A stretch of DNA of 63,503 nt, filler included, from Octopus bimaculoides (GCF_001194135.2; 11 parts of 11 records of this genome joined end to end with filler, not necessarily neighbours in it); one strand, 5' to 3'. Positions 41,440-55,045 are shown, counted from the first letter of the whole stretch. A program made the numbers and translations. Notes: generated by a model from the sequence alone, not told the origin.

Positions 41440-41950
41440 GAGCAAAATTCCATTCTTGGTAAATGTGGGAACAATATTCTATTTCTTAGTAAATGTGGAA
41501 ACAACAGTTCATTGTTGATAGGTATGGGAGCAATATTCCATTCTTGGTAAATGTGGGAACAATATTCTATTCTTGATAGAGGTGGGAGCAATATTCAATT
41601 CTTGGTAGATGTAGGAACAATATTCTATTGTTAGTAGATGTGGGAACAATATTTCATTGTTTGTAGGTGTAGGTGTAATCTATTTTTAGTAGATGTGGGA
41701 ACAATATTCTATTCTTAGTAAATATAGGAGTAATATTCTGTACTTTGTAGATGTGGGAACAATAAGTTTATTGTTGGTAGAAGTGGGAATGATAGTTCAT
41801 TGTTAGTAGATGTGAGAACAAAATTCTACTCTTTGTGGATGTGGAAACAGTATTCCATTCTTGACAGATGTGGGAGTTATATTCTATTCTTGGTAGATGT
41901 GGGAACAATATTCCATTCTTGGTAGATGTGGGAGTAATATTCTGTTCTTG
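41440..41950. repeat. Degenerate about 29-bp minisatellite, roughly 17 copies
   Basis: consensus cttggtagatgtgggaacaatattctatt. Confidence 0.9.
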
Positions 41951-41994
41951 GTCTTGCTTTAGTCTTGTAAAGATGCAATCTTAGACCTAGTCAT

Positions 41995-42180
41995 TTTGTC
42001 AAACTTCAAAATCGTCAATTTCAGAATTAATTATCAACTTCAAGGTCTGTTGTCAACTTCATGAATAATTGTCAACTTCAAAACTGTCAATATCAAAATT
42101 AATTATGAAACTCCAAAATTAATTGTCATCTTTGAAGTAAATTGTCAAATTTGTAATCAATGAATTGATTGTCAATGTTT
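41995..42180. repeat. Degenerate ttgtcaacttcaaaattaa-like repeat
   Basis: repeated gtcaa/cttcaa/aattaa motifs upstream of ABI exon 42225. Confidence 0.6.
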
Positions 42181-42224
42181 TTATTTAAAAGCAAAAATAA
42201 ACTCATTCCTATTTCTTTTTACAG

Positions 42225-42599
42225 ACAGGCAGGTGAACAGAATGTCAAATTTATCACTGGAAGCCAACTGGCAACCATCAGTACGACACACTGCTCCAAC
42301 TGAAAATCCCCCACCACCACCTTCTCTAGCTGCACTTTGGACTCAAGCTCCAATTGCTACTGAAGAAGACAATGACTTTGATGATACCTTGCCACCACCA
42401 CCTTTACCATCACTACAGCCATCACAGTTACAAAACCCACAAGCAGAGGACTTAGCCTACCCACCACCCAGTCCACTATACCCATCAGTATCAGATCTTC
42501 CAGAAACTACATCACAGTCGTATGAAAACCAAGGGTTGTACCAGACCACAGGCATGTACATGATGAAAACCCAGGAACCAGAAAATTACATAGAAAAGG
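42225..42599 (+). CDS. ABI: Abl interactor exon, polyproline region ending PENYIEK
   Basis: tttttacag / gtcagt; 375 nt, phase 1-1; PPPPP tracts; PENYIEK(V) matches the ABI P.NYIEKV junction. Confidence 0.9.
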
Positions 42600-42744
42600 G
42601 TCAGTCTAAATTCATTGTACATATAACAGAGATTTTCTGGTGGGATTTCAAGTGTAATTATACACTACTGTCTTTTTAATTCTATCTAACTAGCTATCTG
42701 CCTGCCTGCTTGTCTGTTTGCCTGTCTGTTTGTCTGTCTGTCTG

Positions 42745-43440
42745 TCGTGCAGCTATCTATGCACCACTTCCTGTGAGTCTTTGTCTGTAGCAAATTGATG
42801 ACCTGGCAAAAGATGTATGAGTGGTTCAAAGAGATGCTTGTTGGAAGGAGTGAGATCTGGATTGTATGCAGGGTATTCCAGCAACTCAAAACCCAACTTT
42901 TCAATGGCTTCCACTTTGTGAGTGGCCGTATGTGGATGTGTATTGTCATACCACAATAATACTTGATTTGACAATAGATCTTGGCATTTGGTGTGACTTG
43001 CTGGTTTCAGTTTGTTGGTCAGCATTTCACTGTAACCTACACTCATGACTATAGACCCGTTTTTCATGTAATGCTCCAGTGTAAGCCTTTTTGCATCCCC
43101 CAAAACAGTTAGTATTACTTTTTCTACAGAAGGTTGAGTCCTGAATTTCTTTTACATTGGAGATTCTGGGTCTTTCCATTCCATACTCTGCCTTTTGGAT
43201 ATATTCTCTTGGCACCCATCTTGCACAGATTTTACAGAAGCAAAGCTTGTTGTGGATAATTTTGTTTGTAGAACAATGGCTATTTTGCAGAGAACACTCT
43301 CCCCATATTGTACAGAAAGCCTGTAATGAGTTTTAACCCTTGAAACACCTTCAGACCAGAAAAATCAGATCACTGATCTCTGTTTTTCCTTGGTGCACAC
43401 AGCTAGTGAAGTGGCCATGTTTAACCTGAAACACAAGAAA
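42745..43440 (-). mobile_element. Internally deleted mariner transposon in the last ABI intron
   Basis: MATSLAVCTKEKQRSVI*FFWSEGVS start (ATG at 43418), KICARWVPR, DNTHPHTA, LGFELLEYPAYNPDLTPS motifs; stops, frameshifts and two internal deletions. Confidence 0.9.
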
Positions 43441-43810
43441 TAAAACAACTGGGGAAATCAAGGTGAAACTTTGGTTATGTAACTACAAGAGTACCACCTT
43501 TTAGTATGTGACCATTAAAGGCAGTGCATTTAACTTGGGAAAGATTTGGCAAGAATGCAAATAATTTTTGATTTCCTCATATATAATGTGTTCTCACCAT
43601 TTCAAAACAGCAGTGCATATAATTTGGGGGATGTTTGGCTTATATTTTTAGCAGATTGAGAGACTCAACAGAGTCTCATTTTCAATATGTCTCATTTTCA
43701 TTATGTCTAAGTTCTAGATTCTAATGTTATCTTCTTATTGACAAGATACGTGTTTGCTTAGAAAATTGGTCCTGGCACTTCTAATATCAGTTGCCTTCTG
43801 TCTATTTCAG

Positions 43811-43974
43811 TGATTGCCGTATATGATTACACTGCCAACGAACCAGATGAATTGACATTTAATGAGAATGCTGTTATCTATGTGTTGCAGAAAAACGAAA
43901 ATGGATGGTGGGATGGCATATTAAATGGTGAACAAGGTGTCTTTCCATGCAACTACGTAGAACCATGTGTGTGA
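43811..43974 (+). CDS. ABI: Abl interactor terminal exon, SH3 domain
   Basis: tttcag acceptor, phase 1; (V)IAVYDYTANEPDELTFNENAVIYVLQKNENGWWDGILNGEQGVFPCNYVEPCV*; TGA at 43972-43974; AATAAA at 43979. Confidence 0.95.
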
Positions 43975-44872
43975 TTATAATAAAACATGGATGCATTTCT
44001 TAAGTGGAATTTGGTTACAATATAAAAGATGTTAAAAGAGAGAGAGAAAAACAAAAAATAAAAACATCCCGCACCACACCTAAAAAATAAAAAGAGAGAG
44101 AGAGAGAAACAAAGCAACAAAGAAATATCCATGTGTGTGTGTGTGTGTGTGTGTGTGCGTGCGTGTGCGTGCGTGTGTGTGTGTGCATGTGTGTAAATGC
44201 ATAAATTGTGATTAAGGTGTTGCACTCATGATGGTGGTTTCAGTTCCTGCACTGGACACTATGTTGTGTTCTTCAGCAAAACACTTCATTTCACATTGAG
44301 ATCACCTTGAATGTATAGCACAAACTTTTGATTGCTATAAACAAATCATCCATGCATTTGATCANNNNNNNNNNNNNNNNNNNNNNNNNNNNNNNNNNNN
44401 NNNNNNNNNNNNNNNNNNNNNNNNNNNNNNNNNNNNNNNNNNNNNNNNNNNNNNNNNNNNNNNNNNNNNNNNNNNNNNNNNNNNNNNNNNNNNNNNNNNN
44501 NNNNNNNNNNNNNNNNNNNNNNNNNNNNNNNNNNNNNNNNNNNNNNNNNNNNNNNNNNNNNNNNNNNNNNNNNNNNNNNNNNNNNNNNNNNNNNNNNNNN
44601 NNNNNNNNNNNNNNNNNNNNNNNNNNNNNNNNNNNNNNNNNNNNNNNNNNNNNNNNNNNNNNNNNNNNNNNNNNNNNNNNNNNNNNNNNNNNNNNNNNNN
44701 NNNNNNNNNNNNNNNNNNNNNNNNNNNNNNNNNNNNNNNNNNNNNNNNNNNNNNNNNNNNNNNNNNNNNNNNNNNNNNNNNNNNNNNNNNNNNNNNNNNN
44801 NNNNNNNNNNNNNNNNNNNNNNNNNNNNNNNNNNNNNNNNNNNNNNNNNNNNNNNNNNNNNNNNNNNNNNNN

Positions 44873-44950
<78 letters not shown>

Positions 44951-46060
44951 ATTTGAAGCTATAATAATATAGATTGTGATTATTAGTATTAATGTTTTAC
45001 AAATTTTCAAGCAGTGTAATAAATATGTAATGATTCAATTATAAAAACAGTTGGATCAGTACAGGTTATCAGATGTTCAGTTGCTTGAAAAATAATGTCA
45101 AATATAAAATTTTCTTTATTTACATTAATTAATAAATGTTTTGGTAATTTAGAGCATAGATTTTTTAAAAAATTTATTACAGGATTATAAAAATATTTTG
45201 ATTAGTGAAGACTAAAAGATATCGCATCTGAATAAGTGGCACTCAAGATGGAGTTTTTGTAAAATAGCATATTCATTTTCTCTGAGAAACAAAAGTTACA
45301 ACTGTTGTCATTATCTTTATAAAGTTTGGTATCTTATTATATATTCCAAACAATTTTATGGTCCCTAAACATGTTATTTTTTAAAATACCATATGCATTT
45401 TGATAACATTGTGTCTGAATTGTATTGTGGTTAAATTCTGCATTTTGTATAAATAGGTGTTTTGATAAAATTGTGTCATATTTCTGACAGAATGCAGTTA
45501 GTGATCAAATTAACATTTAGATTTGTTTTCAGGTAACTCATAGCTCATATAGATTTTAGAAACTGAACTATTAGTTGTAATTATTTTTACACAATAAAAT
45601 GCTTATTTAGAATGATAGGAACTATTCAATGGACAATTTACAAGGTTCAGACAATTTTACAAGCAGGAGATATTAGATGTAGATGGTTGTTTAATATTTT
45701 TTAGTATTGCTGTTTACTGTTTCTGCTGCGAAATTGTGTACAGCTGAAGCTAAATTTAACATTATTTCTAATTAAGATTCTAAGATATTTATAATCTTTC
45801 ACAACCATGTCTTATCATTTTAAGATATTTATAAGTTTTCACAGCCATATCCAATAAGTAAAAGAAATGTCTTGCAGTAATTGTACTTATACTGGGACTA
45901 ACTGGGAAATTGAACCAAATGCCTTACCATTTTCTATTTCAATGTGTAACATATGATGGAAATACTCCAACTTCACACCTGACTTTAGCCATTTACTCTC
46001 TCTCTTTCTTTCTCTATATATACATATATATACAAACATAAATCTATATATATACTGTAA

Positions 46061-46138
<78 letters not shown>

Positions 46139-46543
46139 ATAGATTTATGTATATATCATCATCATCATCGTTTAACGTCCGCTTTCCGTGCTAGCATGGG
46201 TTGGACGATTTGACTGAGGACTGGTGAAACCAGATGGCAACACCAGGCTCCAATCTAATTTGGCAGAGTTTCTACAGCTGGATGCCCTTCCTAACNNNNN
46301 NNNNNNNNNNNNNNNNNNNNNNNNNNNNNNNNNNNNNNNTTAATTAATTAANNNNNNNNNNNNNNNNNNNNNNNNNNNNNNNNNNNNNNNNNNNNGTGTC
46401 GATAAGCCAGCTGGAGGAGATGTCCTCCTGGGGCTAAAAGCAACAGTAACATCCACCCCTAGGGGTCAGCCACACTTAAGTGGCAATATACTACACTTTA
46501 TCGTGCAGTTACTGTTAATACTTCATTTAGAGAATTAACATTG

Positions 46544-46614
<71 letters not shown>

Positions 46615-47323
46615 ATATATATATATATATATATAAATACGTACGTGCAAACATACATACATGCATGCATGCATACATACATGTATACATACATGCATAC
46701 ATACATACATACATACATACACTGACGCATATATTTACGTATAAGTATAAAAATGTAAATATATATATCACCATAAAAGATATTATCTCAACACTAATAC
46801 CGCAGTAAATTTAGTCTTTCATGTCCACTGCTTTCCTATAGAAAAGACGTGTTTTTTCTGTCTCTTCTCTTATGCACGTCTGTCTAGCGTTCATAATAAT
46901 TTTTCTTTCATCTTGGCTTAACAGCTCTCACTATTTGTTTTTACTGTCTTGTTCTCACTGTTCTGTTTTTGTTAACACTTTCACCCTCCGCAAAAAATTC
47001 CAAATTTTATTGAATTTGCTTTGCGGGAAGGACTGTTCCAACGAAGTCGCGTATTGTCCTTGCCTTCGAAACGCGGAGTAGATGGATCAGGGACAACTGA
47101 AGAAGGGTAATATTCTTTATGTTGCATGTCTCGTTTCTCCGTTTGATTTTTTCGTTGTTCGAAAAATGTTCGTTTTCCGTTTTCGTCTTTATGTTTTTTC
47201 GTTTCTCATTATGTTTACCGTTTTTTGATGTCCTGTACCCATATATGCTTGTATGTATACATATAGATTTAGTTATGTACATATATGTATGGATATATGC
47301 ATATATCTATATATTATTTATAT

Positions 47324-47358
<35 letters not shown>

Positions 47359-47402
47359 NNNNNNNNNNNNNNNNNNNNNNNNNNNNNNNNNNNNNNNNNN
47401 NN

Positions 47403-47472
<70 letters not shown>

Positions 47473-48504
47473 GTAACAAACAATGGATAGGTGTCAATTT
47501 ATTTATGATTCACTTCTCCCAGTATCTGCTCTTCGCGTGTTCCGAAGTATATTATCGACCATATATTTGATACAATGTGCGTTTCTGAATTACCCAAAGG
47601 GCTGATAATATATACTCAGTGAGGTTCAATTAATTGTATTACATAACCTGAATATATTTCTGCCTGTAATTCGGTATCAATGTTTGTATTGGTCTATAAT
47701 TGCTGCGCATGCATTTTAATTTTGACCCAACTCGGTGCCTTACCCATTAACTGTCTTATTCACCTGAATCTTAACATGCATGCATACATAGGTACATACA
47801 TACATACATACATACATACATACATACATACGAACATACATAGTGCGGTGATCTTTCTGGCTGGGGAAGCAATGACCAACATTTTCTGTCACATAGATAT
47901 TTGAATCAAATTGTCATATTCATATTATACAGCAATTTTTAAAATATAAAAAAATTACATTTTATATTAAGGGTGTTCTGTAATTTGAAGAAGTATAAAA
48001 TATTAGTTGAATAAACACCGAAAACTACGCGTGTTATCTTTTCACCGTTTTACTGATGGAAGTAGAATATCAAAATTTCCTATGTAAGTGTTACATAATT
48101 TAAGATAATATATGTATCATAGGTATTGCGAATCGACAGAAGCTTAATCTAAGCGTATAAGTTTTTATTAGCATCTAAAACTATTCGCTATCAAAAAATT
48201 GTCTTTCTGGCATTTTTATCGGAAAAAATGTTAAAAAAAAAATATTACACCGAAAAGGATGCAACAGCTCGTGTTGCTTCCCTCGCATAGATTTTATGCG
48301 TTGTCTGTCACTGCTTGTCGTCTCATACTAATTCCGACGATAAAAGGCTGAAGCCTATGATGTCATGTAGTTTATATTAATTTTACAGAGCATAAGATTG
48401 ATCTTATGAAAAATACGTAATGCAGTTTCATTTTCGGTTCTATAATTTTTAAGGGAAGCATTGTTTCCCTTGCTTCCATGGCCCGCACGCCTATGATACA
48501 TACA

Positions 48505-48895
48505 TACGTTCATAGGGATATGTAACTCACGGCCTAAATACCAATCTTGAGAAATTAGGCTTCTCAAAACCAGAAAGGAGAAAGCTAATTCGAAGACAAC
48601 AGATCCAATCCATCACTGGAACTGTAAAAATCTGTAAAACTTTCCAGAAGTTTATCATTTGAATATATATATATATGAGCATGTCTAGATATGCAACTAT
48701 ATGCATAGGAATACATACACAAAATATACAAATCTGCACATACATACATACATACATACATACATACATACATACATACATACATACCCTGTTGCTGCTG
48801 TTGAAATTCCAATGAAAGAGCCTTGGATCTCGGATAGAAACCGGCTCTTTCTCTATTTGCAAGAAATCTTGAAATAAAACTGAATAATGACATAA
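48505..48895 (+). mobile_element. REL-type non-LTR retrotransposon 3' end, second family, (TACA)n-associated
   Basis: GYVTHGLNTNLEKLGFSKPERRKLIRRQQIQSITGTVKICKTFQKFII*, then a 3'UTR with internal (TACA)n; short (TACA) repeats also just upstream. Confidence 0.75.
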
Positions 48896-49080
48896 TGCAT
48901 GCACGCATACATGCATGCATGCATGCATGCATACATACATACACGCATGCATACACGAATGAACGAATGAATGAATAATAAATTCTAATTAACTTAAGTA
49001 TCTCTATTAAAGCACAAAATTTCTAGCAGCCATCCACCTAATTTCAGGTTTGAATATTTATAAATTTGTATCATGATCAA

Positions 49081-49144
<64 letters not shown>

Positions 49145-49145
49145 G

Positions 49146-49184
<39 letters not shown>

Positions 49185-49679
49185 CCATCATTTATATATA
49201 TATATAGGGAGAGAGAGAGAGAGAAAGCACACGTATGTGCAAATATACGTATCAGTATATATATATATANNNNNNNNNNNNNNNNNNNNNNNNNNNNNNN
49301 NNNNNNNNNNNNNNNNNNNNNNNNNNNNNNNNNNNNNNNNNNNNGTGTGTATGTGTGTTTGTGTATTTTCATTTTTGTACGAGTGTTTGTAAGTATATAA
49401 TACATACATAGTATACATGAGTATATATGAGTATATATATATATATATATATATATATAATGCGTATGTATATATACATGCACACACAGACGCAAGCATG
49501 CTCACTCATATATGTATAAATACCAAGTGTGTGTGTATGTATGTGCGCGCACTCAAGATTGCATCTCGTGGAATCGAACTAAAAAAAGGGACGGTTGTGA
49601 AGTGACTTCTGCAAGTTAGAAAATACTGGTTTATGGATTACTATCTTCCTTCCACCTGCTCGAATCATGCCAGGATCAT

Positions 49680-49885
49680 GAGGGCCGGATTCCTGGTTTC
49701 CATATATATTTCCCAACTAGACGGGACAGCGGTCCGTCGCAGGATTACTCATTTTTGTCAGCTGAGTGAACTGGAGCAACGTGAAATGAAGTGTTTTGCT
49801 CAAGAACGCAGTGCACTGCCCAGTCTAGGAATCTAAATCACATCTTACGATCATGAGTCAAACACTCTAGCCACAAGAACATGCA
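49680..49885 (-). mobile_element. tRNA-derived SINE, third type
   Basis: reverse strand reads cttgagcaaaacacttcatttcacgttgctccagttcactcagctg. Confidence 0.7.
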
Positions 49886-49964
49886 CCTCCACTTAAGGAC
49901 TGCCCCCATGGATTAGTGCTTTAAATGCATTCCATATGATTTTTTATACTTAAATTTATATTCT

Positions 49965-50175
49965 TTTCTACTCTAAGCACAAGGCCGGAAATTTTGGGGG
50001 AGTGTACCAGTCGATTAAATCGACTCCAGTACGCAACTGGTACTTAATTTATCGACCCTGAAGGGATGAAAAACCAAAGTCGACCTCGGCGGAATTTGAA
50101 CTCAGAACGTAAAGACAGACGAAATACCGCCAAGCATTTCGCCCGGCGTGCTAACGTTTATGCCAACTCGCTGTC
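49965..50175 (-). mobile_element. tRNA-derived SINE, well preserved
   Basis: same family as 1147. Confidence 0.85.
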
Positions 50176-50649
50176 TTAAATTTATATTAATTACTCTGAA
50201 TATATGTAAAACTACACAGCTGAGACACCTGATGGCAGAAATTATAAGACTAAAAATATGAGATTTGAATTCATCGAAATTTCAACCGAAGATCCACGTT
50301 TCATGCGTTAGGTATTTCTTGTTGAGTGTGTACATAATTTCAAGGAAAATTCGAATTTCTCATGTTAATTTCCGGCTGACAAGAGTTCTGGTTATGTCCT
50401 TAGGAATGCAATCAATTTGAAGAAAGACAATTGTGTCCCGGTAAAATAAATATTTGATTCTGATAGACGCATTGCATCATTTTGTTATTCAGTTATTCTC
50501 TATGTTATATTATTGTACTACATTATATCACCCTAAATCTTGTTAATGAAGCACTCCAGTGGATTCTGGCTTTAAGATATATTTCTGATTATTCATATAT
50601 GTATGTATATATGTATGTATGTATGTATGCATGTATGTATGTATGTATA

Positions 50650-50680
<31 letters not shown>

Positions 50681-50884
50681 GTTGTATGAATGTGTGTGTT
50701 TATATATATATATATATATTTATACAATATATATACAAACAGATTTATGTATATATATGTCTGTGGCCCATCTCTCTCCCCCCTNNNNNNNNNNNNNNNN
50801 NNNNNNNNNNNNNNNNNNNNNNNNNNNNTTAATTAATTAANNNNNNNNNNNNNNNNNNNNNNNNNNNNNNNNNNNNNNNNNNNN

Positions 50885-51243
50885 AGTTGTCTGCACCTTG
50901 CTGTCAACTTGACAATGTGCATGTCAAATGATGCATCACTACACATGTTGATGCCCAGATCTCTCACTGTTTGTGGTTCTGGGATTGCAGTACCTCCAGG
51001 CCCTGTGTATGCCAGTTGGGAGGTACTTGTGGTCTTGTAGCGCAGTACTTGAAATTTTTTTGCATTGAACTGCATATTATTTTGCTCTGCCCACTCATAT
51101 ATTGCATTTAGGTCATTCTGCAGGCTTACAATATCATCAGGATTCTTTATTGCCTGAGATATCTTTGTGTCATCAGCATAGCTAGTGACAGTGGCTCTCC
51201 GAGTGACCGTGGGCATGTCCAGAAGGGCCACTATGAACAGTAG
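50885..51243 (-). mobile_element. CR1/L2-like LINE reverse transcriptase fragment
   Basis: uninterrupted frame LLFIVALLDMP...SYADDTKI...LQNDLNAIYEWAEQNNMQFNAKKFQVL...RDLGI; YADD motif; cut by a gap. Confidence 0.92.
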
Positions 51244-51284
51244 TGTACAAATATATATATATATATATATATACACGTGTCTGT

Positions 51285-51430
51285 ATGGTAAGTAGCTTGC
51301 TTATCAGCCACATCGTTCTAGGTTCAGCCCTACTGCATGGCACCTTGGGCAAGTGTCTTATACTATATCCTCGGCCCGACCAAGGCCTTGTGAGTGGATT
51401 TGGTAGACGCAAACTGAAAGTAGCCCGTCG
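51285..51430 (+). mobile_element. SINE 5' half
   Basis: same family as 34545. Confidence 0.8.
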
Positions 51431-51473
51431 TATATATATATATATATATATGCATATATGTGTGTGTGTGTGT

Positions 51474-51510
<37 letters not shown>

Positions 51511-52869
51511 AAAATAAGGATATCCAGAGGTGATACATTACGATCGTTTCAAGTGACTCCATTCAATTGAACAATGCAGAGCTGCATAAATAAATAGAAT
51601 TTATTTAATCAGTCGGATATATTTGCATAATTTTACCTAAATCCTCTAAAAGGGTAATAAGACAAAGTGCATGGTTTATTCACTTCAGCCTAGAAGCTTT
51701 GATTTTATTCACTTTATTTGAAACTGTACAGATAATTCTGCACTAATTTTTGGTGCCTCAACTTAAGTACCTAAGTCGTCTGAATCTCCATTATAAATAT
51801 ATATATATATATATATANNNNNNNNNNNNNNNNNNNNNNNNNNNNNNNNNNNNNNNNNNNNNNNNNNNNNNNNNNNNNNNNNNNNNNNNNNNNNNNNNNN
51901 NNNNNNNNNNNNNNNNNNNNNNNNNNNNNNNNNNNNNNNNNNNNNNNNNNNNNNNNNNNNNNNNNNNNNNNNNNNNNNNNNNNNNNNNNNNNNNNNNNNN
52001 NNNNNNNNNNNNNNNNNNNNNNNNNNNNNNNNNNNNNNNNNNNNNNNNNNNNNNNNNNNNNNNNNNNNNNNNNNNNNNNNNNNNNNNNNNNNNNNNNNNN
52101 NNNNNNNNNNNNNNNNNNNNNNNNNNNNNNNNNNNNNNNNNNNNNNNNNNNNNNNNNNNNNNNNNNNNNNNNNNNNNNNNNNNNNNNNNNNNNNNNNNNN
52201 NNNNNNNNNNNNNNNNNNNNNNNNNNNNNNNNNNNNNNNNNNNNNNNNNNNNNNNNNNNNNNNNNNNNNNNNNNNNNNNNNNNNNNNNNNNNNNNNNNNN
52301 NNNNNNNNNNNNNNNNNNNNNNNNNNNNNNNNNNNNNNNNNNNNNNNNNNNNNNNNNNNNNNNNNNNNNNNNNNNNNNNNNNNNNNNNNNNNNNNNNNNN
52401 NNNNNNNNNNNNATGCATACATACATATATACATACATACATACATACATACATACATACATACATACATACATACATACATGCATATATACACATATAC
52501 ATCCATACAACTATCTGTCTGACATGTTGAATGTAAATACGAAAATTGTTAAAAGAAAGAAATATGCAATATTAGTGGTATAAATTAATAGGGCATTGGA
52601 GTTTAAAACGAGTTGAAGCAAAATTAAATTTAAATTAAAATTAATTATAAAATTAAGCTAAAGTACTAAATACATTGTTTTATGCAATTTGAATATAAAT
52701 AATCCTTGTAGGCCTGACTATATATGATTGTTTGAAAAGTTGAGGTACATACTAAGTCAATGCAACGCAAAACACATTTAAGTATTGAATGGAGTGAGTA
52801 TAAATAAATATTGATGACTATTAAATATTAATATTGATATTAAAATTAGTGGTCACCGTTTGTAAGAGA

Positions 52870-53205
52870 CGTTTTTTTCCACAGCTCGTCTCTTTGACTG
52901 AGCTGCAGTCCTGGATAAGGCGTAGACCGAGGCGGAGGCGCTTGGCACCTCTAGTGCCGTCAAGCGCTCGCAGCCCTCCGCCAGGCGGGCAATGCAGTCG
53001 GTGATAGTTCCCCTCTAGCTTTCTATAGAGAGCTAGGGGAGGGAAAGTGCGACGATGTTCTCGGGAAAACTCTGGACGTCGATGAAGATCAACTAACCGG
53101 TCTGTTTCGGAGAACTTTCGGGCCTGGACCTATGGATAACTTCCAGAAATCCCTTGCTTAGGAGTGCTACCGAGGGGCGCTGCCTGTTCGGGATAAACTT
53201 TACAA
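52870..53205 (+). mobile_element. Tx1/L1-like LINE fragment, same family as 20335
   Basis: GC-rich island; LGKTLDVDEDQLTGLFRRTFGPGPMDNFQKSLA*ECYRGALPVRDKLY. Confidence 0.7.
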
Positions 53206-53430
53206 TGTGTACAAATAACAAGGAAAAAATAAATAAATAATTGCCAGGACAGCAAAAATTCACATAAGTGCTAAAGATATTACAGCTACTTATAAAGGCA
53301 GAAATTCCAGGGTTAAGTGATTTGTTTTTGTATAACATGGATAAATTAAGAAATGGAGTCATTTAACATCATTATATATGCTATGTGAACGAATATATTT
53401 TATAAGCAAAAGGGTTTAATATTTAATTTC

Positions 53431-53495
<65 letters not shown>

Positions 53496-54090
53496 AGTGT
53501 GTGTATGTGTCAGTGTGTGAAACTGATAACTTAATACAATCTATGATAAAAATTTAGTATAAATTTTTATTAAAATACCAGCGTATCTGAGCAAAATAAT
53601 GCTGTTCTGCTTTACCACCTCTGACTGTCACCCACACCCACTCCGTTTATTCTTTACTCTCCTTTCCCTAGTGTAACCGACAAGTGCATTGTGTGTGAGA
53701 CACAAAACCCGTGCATAATCATACAAAGATGAATAGAGACTTTACTGTGCGTCAAATTCAAACACGTCTCGTCAAATTCGTATATTTCTGCCCAAGGAGG
53801 ACAGATTCGTCCTTTCTCACTAACTAAAGAAAACCAAATATCAAGATTTAGTCTGAAAACAAACAAATAAATAAATAAATAAATAACAACCAAGGAGGTA
53901 TGTATGGCACCTGAAACAAACTATAATTCGCTGAAGTTGGCAAGAGAGCGCAAGTGGAAGCCTTCCACATGCGAAGACTAATTTAGTCCGGACTGCCACT
54001 CTCAGGAACAAGTACAGGCTAAGGATTAAACGTTTGTGACCCCGAGATTTATGCTAATGATATAGAAGTGTGTCCGGCACTGTGATTGAT

Positions 54091-54167
54091 TCAGAAGAGC
54101 TTGCAATACAATTGAGATACTCCTTCACTTTCTGCAAAGGACAATGCATCTCCAATATTTGCTTCGT
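54091..54167 (-). CDS. Probable terminal exon of the acidic-repeat gene
   Basis: tatttgtatag acceptor, phase 1 compatible with copy A; (D)EANIGDALSFAESEGVSQLYCKLF*; a degenerate duplicate lies next to copy C. Confidence 0.6.
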
Positions 54168-54429
54168 CTATACAAATATAGACTTAGTGACGTAACTCCA
54201 TTAACATAAACACACACATAAACACACGCATATATATGTATGTGTGTTATGTACATGCATATCTGTATATGTGTGTATCTGTATATATGTATATGTGTGT
54301 GTCTTTGTATGTAGTGTGTATGGGTGCGCCTATGTATGTATGTATGTATGTATGTATGTATGTATGTGTGTGTGTATGTATGTATGTATGTGTGTGTGTA
54401 TGTATGTATGTATGTATGTATGTACTTTT

Positions 54430-55045
54430 CTCTTAATTATTTGAATTCTTCCTCTGAGGAAGGGGCTAGTTTCTAAGAAAGATACGAAATTCCGTCGCTG
54501 GAATGTAAGTAACAAAAACAATGCCATTTTTAACTCGAGAAAAGCCTTATATATTTTTACAGTCACGTTTAGAAACTGTATTTATAATATACGTGTTAGC
54601 CTCTTAATTTTGTTTTCTGAAAACCCTAGCTTATCCAGTTTGTCTTAGGCATTTACACACAAACCGAAGTGTAGCGATTATTATTGTGATAAATGTAAAT
54701 TTATAATCTGGGTATGGAAGCTGGAGGTTTCAAGCAGTTGTCGGTAGTTATCCTCTTTCTACTTGATTTTCAAAGTGATATTCACATCAGCAAGGCGGTT
54801 GACGGCACACTTTTTCTTGTCTCTTTTAAACAACCGGTGTGTTATGTTTACACTTGGCAGATGTTTTGATAGGAGTGTTCCACCAATATTCCTTGTGTTG
54901 ATGCTTTTGTATGTATTCAACAACAGGGTGATTCTCTATATTTATTCCAAGACACTCTTTTTTCGAATGGTATTCTATATTGTATTTGCCACAACGTCAT
55001 ATCGCATACGGATGTTGTATCTTGACAACGCCGCATCGCATAAGG
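54430..55045 (-). mobile_element. REL-type non-LTR fragment of the same family as 48505, decayed, in the intron between exon A and the terminal exon
   Basis: KEYWWNTPIKTSAKCKHN, ADVNITLKI, LLENLQL.YPDYKF.FI, LDKLGFSE, TVKIYKAF; (TACA)n on both sides. Confidence 0.75.

Noticed and set aside
47040-47240. Hammerhead-like pieces (CGAAAC..GTA and CTGAAGA) in a repeat ending tttttga(t/c)gtcctgtaccc, shared with about 9700
   Set aside because: The order and pairing do not close stems I and II; probably a Penelope-type terminal repeat remnant, but not supportable as a ribozyme.
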